Origin: Patescibacteria group bacterium
GTDB lineage: Bacteria; Patescibacteriota; Minisyncoccia; 2-02-FULL-40-12; IGHO2-01-FULL-4-A
Length of the DNA stretch: 64,000 nucleotides
NCBI GenBank assembly: GCA_038064915.1
Contig: JBBTSB010000003.1
Coordinates: 13,395-77,394, forward strand
Direction: 5' to 3'
Below the pieces are notes generated by a model. It was not told the DNA's origin. It ran no database searches and worked only from the letters and a program-made list of their open reading frames with translations. Below, piece after piece: positions 58,030-64,000 of the stretch; within the stretch, counting starts at the first letter, position 1; each line of letters opens with the position of its first letter. The position numbers and the translations under genes were made by a program.

Positions 58030-59806
58030 AGAATTCCAAAAAGTAGAAAACCTCAACCCCGCATTCCGCTGGCGAGATCTCCCCAAGGCTATTTGGTATC
58101 TTTTGCGTGAAGATCGAGGTAAATTTGTATGGGCTTCAATTGTTATTTTTATTATACAATTCCTTGATCTTTTACCTGCAATCCTGGGAGGAAAAATTGT
58201 AGATTTTTTTACTTCCTACACGCAGGGTGATTCTCTTACATTATTCTATATTTATGTTTTTGTTCTTGCCGGCGCATATACGTTTGCTGCGTTTGTTCGC
58301 ATACAAGCGAAGAAGGTTACTTCGCGCATAGGGCATAATTTGCGGGCCCGTGCTCGCGTATGGGGTTTTGAGCGACTGATGGAGTTTTCTCTCCAATGGC
58401 ACGCCAAAGAGAATATGGGGAATAAGATTCAGCGCATTTATACGGGTGGACAGGCGCTTAAAGATTTTATGTACCAGTACCAGAACAAAATTTTGCAGGC
58501 TGCTACCTATTTCATCGGATTTATCGGGGTCATGTTCTTTTTTAGTTATCAGCTGGCGATATTTCTTGCTGTATTCATCATAGTCATCATGACGATCGAA
58601 TTTACCTTCAATATCAAAATTGCAAAAATGGCTGATCAGTGGAACAAGCTTGATCAAACTTCGGGAGGTGTTTTCATAGAAGGTTCGGGAAATATACTTG
58701 CCATCAAATCACTGGGAACAGAAACGCAGATGCATGGACGTATTCGTGCAATGGAAGAGCGAACGAGAGATTTTGGCATTTCGAAATCACTTATGGGATT
58801 TCGCAAGTGGACTTATTTTCGGCTTTTTGATGGGCCCGCATATGGGCTGTTTTTGCTTCTCGTCGGATACAACGTCATTCAAGGCATGATCAGTGTCGGT
58901 ACGATTCTCATTTGTTTCACCTATTTCATCCGAATGCGTGAAATGCTTTGGGATATTTCAGATATGAATGAAAAAGTGGTTGACTACAAATCCGACATAG
59001 GAAATATGATGCCAATATTCTGGGAGGAGACACATGCTCCAACCGGTGATAAGCCCCTTCCCAACCAGTGGCGCGAAATTGCAATGCAAAACGCGAGTTT
59101 TGCCTATCCTTCAGGACAAGTTGGTCTCCATAAACTCAATTTGAAGATTGAGCGAGGAGGGAAGTTTGGCGTTGCTGGTTCTAGCGGTGGTGGCAAGTCA
59201 ACATTGGTCAAAATCCTACTTGGCTTATATCGAATACAAGGTGGCACGTTTTCAATTGGCAACGTAAATTTTTATGATATTTCTCATGAAGAGCTTATGA
59301 AGAATGTATCCGTCGTACTCCAGGAGAGCGAGCTTTTTAATATTTCACTCCGCGAAAACATCACGATGATGCGGGAAGAGGATCCGGAACTGTTGCAAAA
59401 AGCGATTGAGATTTCACAGCTCTCTGAAGTGATTGCAAAATTGCCAGAAGGTGTGAATACGCTTATCGGTGAGCGCGGGTATATGTTGTCTGGTGGCGAG
59501 CGTCAGCGACTGGGTATCGCCCGAGCGATCTACAAAAACTCAGAAGTGATGATTTTTGATGAAGCCACGTCATCACTCGATTCTGAAACCGAACGCAAGA
59601 TTATGGAGGGATTGCTCGGTGACTTTGGAAAGAGCAGAACGATGATCATCGTAGCGCATCGCCTTTCAACGCTTGCAAATACCTACCGGGTAGTGGTATT
59701 CGAAGAAGGTACGGTCGTAGAAGAGGGAACGTATCGAGAATTGCTTGGCAATGATGGATCTATGTTGGCTAAGTTGAGCAAGACACAACATGCCCAGCAA
59801 TCTTGA
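58019..59806 (+). CDS. ABC exporter, fused permease/ATPase
   Basis: TM domain; GSSGGGKST, LSGGERQR, FDEATSSLD, AHRLST. Confidence 0.9.
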   Translation: MARKEFQKVENLNPAFRWRDLPKAIWYLLREDRGKFVWASIVIFIIQFLDLLPAILGGKIVDFFTSYTQGDSLTLFYIYVFVLAGAYTFAAFVRIQAKKVTSRIGHNLRARARVWGFERLMEFSLQWHAKENMGNKIQRIYTGGQALKDFMYQYQNKILQAATYFIGFIGVMFFFSYQLAIFLAVFIIVIMTIEFTFNIKIAKMADQWNKLDQTSGGVFIEGSGNILAIKSLGTETQMHGRIRAMEERTRDFGISKSLMGFRKWTYFRLFDGPAYGLFLLLVGYNVIQGMISVGTILICFTYFIRMREMLWDISDMNEKVVDYKSDIGNMMPIFWEETHAPTGDKPLPNQWREIAMQNASFAYPSGQVGLHKLNLKIERGGKFGVAGSSGGGKSTLVKILLGLYRIQGGTFSIGNVNFYDISHEELMKNVSVVLQESELFNISLRENITMMREEDPELLQKAIEISQLSEVIAKLPEGVNTLIGERGYMLSGGERQRLGIARAIYKNSEVMIFDEATSSLDSETERKIMEGLLGDFGKSRTMIIVAHRLSTLANTYRVVVFEEGTVVEEGTYRELLGNDGSMLAKLSKTQHAQQS

Positions 59807-60449
59807 TATCCTTGCCAAGAAAATATACGAATATCACCAGCTTCATCATCAGCTCAAAAAGAGCGATTTGATATTGGTACCGACCAGCAATGATTTGCGT
59901 GTGGCCGAGTATGCGGCGAAGCTGTATCAGGAAGGCTGGGCGCCGAAGATTTTGTTCTCCGGGGATTGTCCGGCACGTGCTGATGATATAAGAATGACTC
60001 ATTGGGGAATGCCAGAGGCGGAAAAATTCAAAGAAGTAGCCGTAGCCAATGGAGTTCCTGAACGTGATATTATTGTAGAAAATAAATCAAGAAATTCAGG
60101 TGAGATTGTGCGGTTTTCCTATGCAATGCTCAAGGAGCTCAACATCATTCCGCATTCCGTCATTTTTGTTGAAAAACCGTTTATGCAACGCAGAGTATGG
60201 GCTATTTTCAAAAAACAATGGCCGGATCCTACGACCGAGGCCATAGTCACTTCGCCACCGATCGCGTACGAAGACTATCCCAATGCTGATATTGCAAAAG
60301 AAGATTTTATCAATGTCATGGTGGGCGACTTGCAAAGAATCATTGAATACCCCAAGCTGGGATATCAGATCGAACAGGAAGTTCCCGATTATGTCCGTGA
60401 AGCGTATCAGGAATTGGTGAAGATGGGATATACGAATTCTCTGATTTGA
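59790..60449 (+). CDS. YdcF/DUF218 family protein
   Basis: D.RVA.YAA.LY, EAE.F, E.KS.N.GE, KP.M.RR, MVGDLQRI..YP. Confidence 0.85.
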   Translation: MPSNLDILAKKIYEYHQLHHQLKKSDLILVPTSNDLRVAEYAAKLYQEGWAPKILFSGDCPARADDIRMTHWGMPEAEKFKEVAVANGVPERDIIVENKSRNSGEIVRFSYAMLKELNIIPHSVIFVEKPFMQRRVWAIFKKQWPDPTTEAIVTSPPIAYEDYPNADIAKEDFINVMVGDLQRIIEYPKLGYQIEQEVPDYVREAYQELVKMGYTNSLI

Positions 60450-60477
60450 ACGATCGTATAATCTAGAGAAGTAAAAC

Positions 60478-62154
60478 ATGGAAAATAAAGTTTGCAAAAA
60501 CTGCCAGCAAAACTTCCTCATCGAGCCAGATGACTTTACGTTTTATCAAAAGATTGATGTTCCGCCTCCCACGCTGTGCCCGGAATGTCGGTTCCAGCGG
60601 CGGCTGTTATTTCGCAACGAGCGGGACTACTACAAACGCAAATGCGATTTGTGCCAAGAGTCAATCGTGGCTGTGTATCCGCCCGAATTCCAGACCCCCG
60701 TCTACTGCGGTAAGTGTTGGTGGTCGGACAAGTGGGATCCGACAAGCTATGGGAAGGACTATGATCCTGGCCGTTCGTTTTTAGATCAATTCAAAGAGCT
60801 TTTCTATACCGTGCCCATGCTTGCGATGCAAAATGACAACGGCATCGGAAGCGTAAATTGCGAATACACCTACGATCTTGCATTTAGTAAAAACTGCTAT
60901 TTGGTGATGTGCGATTGGGAGACGGAAAACAGTATGTATTCCTTTCATACGTGCCAATGTAAAGATGTCGTCGATTCGTTTTATTCAAACGGCTGCAATT
61001 TTTCCTATGAGCTGGTTAACTCTGCAGACTGCTATGGTTCTTCATTTCTTACACAAAGCATCGCATGTAACAACTGCATTCTTGGCTATGATTTGCGTGG
61101 TTGCAGTGACTGCATTATGTGCGTAGGGCTTCGCAACAAAAAATATTGTATCCTCAATGAGCAATACACAAAAGAAGAATATGAAAAAAAACGAGCGGAG
61201 ATGCAGCTCGATCGGCGCGACAAACTTCACGAGTATCAAAAACAACTCGCGGAATTTGCGCTCAAGTTTCCACATCGCTTCGCACACGTTTTCAAATCTG
61301 TCGCTACGACCGGGGACAATCTTTGGAACTGTAAAGCCACCAAAGATTGTTTTTATTTCAAAGATCTTGAAAATTGTCGCTACATGGTGGTTGGGGATGG
61401 TGGGAAAGATACGTATGACTGTTCCAACACTGGGCATACAAACCTTTGCTATGAAGGCGTGACTCCGGATAATTCGTATCGCAATCTTGGTACGATATTT
61501 TGCTGGAAATGTACTCAAGCCGAATATTCAAACAATTGCCATGGATGCCAATATGCACTTGGCTGTTCCGGAGTGAAACATGGTGAGTACATGATTTTGA
61601 ATAAAAAGTACGACAAAAAATCCTTCGATAAGCTCAGGACGACCATCATCGCACAAATGCGCGCTGATGGTCAGTGGGGAGAGTTTTTTCCTGCGAGTAT
61701 GAGTCCGCATGCGTACAATGAATCTCCAGCGCAAGATTGGATCCCTTTGACAAAAGTGGAGGCTCTTGCAAAAGGATTTCGATGGAAAGACGTACAGAAA
61801 AAAGAATACAATATCACGATACCGGCCGTAGCTATTCCGCAAACTATTGTTTTGGTGACAGATGCGATCCAGAATGAAACGCTGGGTTGCAAAGACGAGG
61901 GGAACTGCACGCACAAGTGTACTACCGCATTTAAAATTACCTCACAAGAACTGGCCTTTTATCGGCGTATGAATCTCCCGCTTCCTGATCGTTGCCACAA
62001 CTGTCGCTATTACGAGCGCTTGAGCCGCCGCAATCCGGCAAAGTTGTATCATCGGAAATGCGCTCGCTGTGACAACGAATTCGAGACCACCTATTCCCCG
62101 GATCGACCGGAAGTGGTATTGTGCGAGGAATGTTATAATAGGGAAATCTTATGA
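60478..62154 (+). CDS. Cys-rich Zn-ribbon/repeat protein, copy 1
   Basis: CKNC...F.IE..D, P.PT.CP.CR..RR, VYC..CW.SD.WD, Cys-repeat core, GEFFP, C.EC. Confidence 0.8.
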   Translation: MENKVCKNCQQNFLIEPDDFTFYQKIDVPPPTLCPECRFQRRLLFRNERDYYKRKCDLCQESIVAVYPPEFQTPVYCGKCWWSDKWDPTSYGKDYDPGRSFLDQFKELFYTVPMLAMQNDNGIGSVNCEYTYDLAFSKNCYLVMCDWETENSMYSFHTCQCKDVVDSFYSNGCNFSYELVNSADCYGSSFLTQSIACNNCILGYDLRGCSDCIMCVGLRNKKYCILNEQYTKEEYEKKRAEMQLDRRDKLHEYQKQLAEFALKFPHRFAHVFKSVATTGDNLWNCKATKDCFYFKDLENCRYMVVGDGGKDTYDCSNTGHTNLCYEGVTPDNSYRNLGTIFCWKCTQAEYSNNCHGCQYALGCSGVKHGEYMILNKKYDKKSFDKLRTTIIAQMRADGQWGEFFPASMSPHAYNESPAQDWIPLTKVEALAKGFRWKDVQKKEYNITIPAVAIPQTIVLVTDAIQNETLGCKDEGNCTHKCTTAFKITSQELAFYRRMNLPLPDRCHNCRYYERLSRRNPAKLYHRKCARCDNEFETTYSPDRPEVVLCEECYNREIL

Positions 62155-62912
62155 GTAAAGAACGGCCAGAACCATCAGCGGAGGGTAAATTATGGAGGAG
62201 CAGATTAACGAGAAAAGACTACCGGCCTGAACGTGTTGCTGAAATTTCCGCAGATTATTTGAAAAGAATCTTTTCTTCTCCGGATTTTAACCGAACATTG
62301 AGTGAGACAATTCGGCTTTTTCAAGTTTCCGAGGGTAGCGAAGCGGGTTTTTCGATCTTGAAACATCCAGAATCTGATGAAACTTGGTATTCACGGCCCA
62401 TGTCAGCTAAGCCCGAAAATCCTGACGAGGTTGATATTCCCAAAACTCGATTGGCATTGGAGCGACGCATCGAGAGAGAACTTCGCATTATGCCTGCTGT
62501 TATTGGTAGTTTACATTTTCGTACTGATGCGGCCGAAGTACATGCACTGACTCCCTCGTCGCACAAAGAAGCGGATCTCGAGATTGCTTCTGACATGCGA
62601 AGAAGAAATATTAAAAAGCTTGGGTTCGATATCATTCCCGTTGAGGTGGTTCTCACGAGATCACTGGATGATAGAAAAGAATATTTTGTTATTGTGCATC
62701 GAGAGCCTGAGCATTTCCAAATCGGAAAAAAAAAGCACATGCTTCGTGAACTAGACACCACCATGACGTACACAAATGATCAGGAAGAAGTTTTACGTGT
62801 TCTCAAACATTATGGCTACGTGGCAACATTTTTTAAAACAAAAGAGCATCGATTTTCACCCGAAGATCTTGAGCGATTAAGCGATTTTGCGTATGTTCCG
62901 AAAAAAGTATAG
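62151..62912 (+). CDS. Hypothetical protein
   Basis: 253-aa ORF, ATGA-coupled to the upstream gene. Confidence 0.6.
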   Translation: MSKERPEPSAEGKLWRSRLTRKDYRPERVAEISADYLKRIFSSPDFNRTLSETIRLFQVSEGSEAGFSILKHPESDETWYSRPMSAKPENPDEVDIPKTRLALERRIERELRIMPAVIGSLHFRTDAAEVHALTPSSHKEADLEIASDMRRRNIKKLGFDIIPVEVVLTRSLDDRKEYFVIVHREPEHFQIGKKKHMLRELDTTMTYTNDQEEVLRVLKHYGYVATFFKTKEHRFSPEDLERLSDFAYVPKKV

Positions 62913-62924
62913 AGTGTGATTACC

Positions 62925-63281
62925 ATGTCTGAAAAACCACCATCGCGGCGGTTATCGCCCGAAGAAGTCAAGCAGAAAATAGAGACGTTTCGGCAACGAG
63001 GCGATATAAAAAGGCCGCGTTCAAAAGAGGAGCGCGAGCGATTGTCGGCGAAGGCTAGAGTACGGGCAGCCGTGGTACGCTGTCAGGTAAGAAATTTTGA
63101 TGACTTGGACCTTCTACTGAAGATTTTTTCGAATGCCAGTACAGTCGGAACCTCTGGAATAAGTACATTAGAAACGGAACTTGTACAAGAACTACGAGAT
63201 GCTACAAACGCACTGGGAAATATGGAATTAAAAGACCGACTAGAGCGTTGGAAAGAAGAAAGAAAATTACAAAATGGATAA
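62925..63281 (+). CDS. Hypothetical charged helical protein
   Basis: Fills the gap; stop overlaps the next start. Confidence 0.5.
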   Translation: MSEKPPSRRLSPEEVKQKIETFRQRGDIKRPRSKEERERLSAKARVRAAVVRCQVRNFDDLDLLLKIFSNASTVGTSGISTLETELVQELRDATNALGNMELKDRLERWKEERKLQNG

Positions 63282-64000
63282 CACACGTCAATGCAAAAAT
63301 TGTCAGCAGCAATTTACCATCGAGCCGGATGATTTTTCGTTTTATGAGCGCATCCAAGTCCCACCACCCACCTGGTGTCCGGATTGCCGTGTGATGCGAC
63401 GATATGCGTGGAGAAATGACAGGAACTTGTATCGCCGGCCGTGTGATTTGTGCGGCAAAAGCACAGTAGCGATGTATTCGACAAATAAGCCTTTCAAAGT
63501 CTATTGCCAAGGATGTTGGTGGAGCGACAAGTGGGATGCATCAGGATTTGGACGAGACTATGATCCCGGTCGGCCATTCTTTGAGCAGTTTAAAGAGTTG
63601 CAACGCATCGTCCCTCGCATCGCCATGCTTGGCAAAAATTCCGTGCGATCAGAGTACACCAACCATTCGTCCGACAACAAAGACTGTTTCATGGGCTCGT
63701 CCAACATGAGCTGTGAAAATGTATTGTACAGTGACTTTATGATCTCTTCGCGCGACTGCGTTGACTGTTCGACGATGTACACTAAGGGAGAGCGTTGCTA
63801 CCAATGCATAAATGTTGATAATAGCTATCAGTGTCAGTACTGTATTTTGATGGATAACTGCGCAAACTGTTTTTATTGCTATGACGTGCGAGGTTGTACT
63901 GATTGTTTCCTCTCGGTGAATTTACGTAATAAGAGTAACGTTTTTCTCAATCAACAACTTTCCAAAGAAGCATACCAAAAAAAGGTTTCGGAATTTAAAC
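63274..64000 (+). CDS. Cys-rich Zn-ribbon/repeat protein, copy 2 (runs off the window)
   Basis: Hand translation MDNTRQCKNCQQQFTIEPDDFSFYERIQVPPPTWCPDCR...VYCQGCWWSDKWD closely matches copy 1; absent from the ORF track, consistent with no stop inside the window. Confidence 0.85.
   Translation, partial: MDNTRQCKNCQQQFTIEPDDFSFYERIQVPPPTWCPDCRVMRRYAWRNDRNLYRRPCDLCGKSTVAMYSTNKPFKVYCQGCWWSDKWDASGFGRDYDPGRPFFEQFKELQRIVPRIAMLGKNSVRSEYTNHSSDNKDCFMGSSNMSCENVLYSDFMISSRDCVDCSTMYTKGERCYQCINVDNSYQCQYCILMDNCANCFYCYDVRGCTDCFLSVNLRNKSNVFLNQQLSKEAYQKKVSEFK

Overview
Gene-dense bacterial chromosomal segment, standard code 11. Gene content and compact proteins suggest a Patescibacteria/Parcubacteria (CPR) genome; this is an inference. 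1-36.3 kb is a large surface-glycan locus: split transketolase, DmpF/DmpG pair, GmhA/HddA, gmd/fcl, rfbB/rfbA, epimerases, glycosyltransferases, an O-antigen-ligase-like TPR protein and a priming sugar transferase, interleaved with unrelated small genes. 36.4-64 kb is housekeeping: hpf, secA, dsbA/VKOR, cardiolipin synthase, FKBP, ABC transporters, DEAD helicase, cold-shock protein, TM0106-type nuclease, secD/secF, a T4SS coupling-protein-like module and tandem Cys-rich proteins. Most notable unexplained structure: (i) two gene cassettes each bracketed by inverted arms of about five degenerate 7-bp repeats placed at gene boundaries, one carrying a four-helix-bundle (23S-IVS/Avd-like) gene; (ii) scattered high-GC, Shine-Dalgarno-led orphan genes among host genes that appear largely leaderless; (iii) several unannotated micro transcription units; (iv) a probable branched-chain sugar pathway. 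No rRNA, tRNA, CRISPR array, transposase or integrase was seen. All product calls come from motif recognition by eye, not from database searches.
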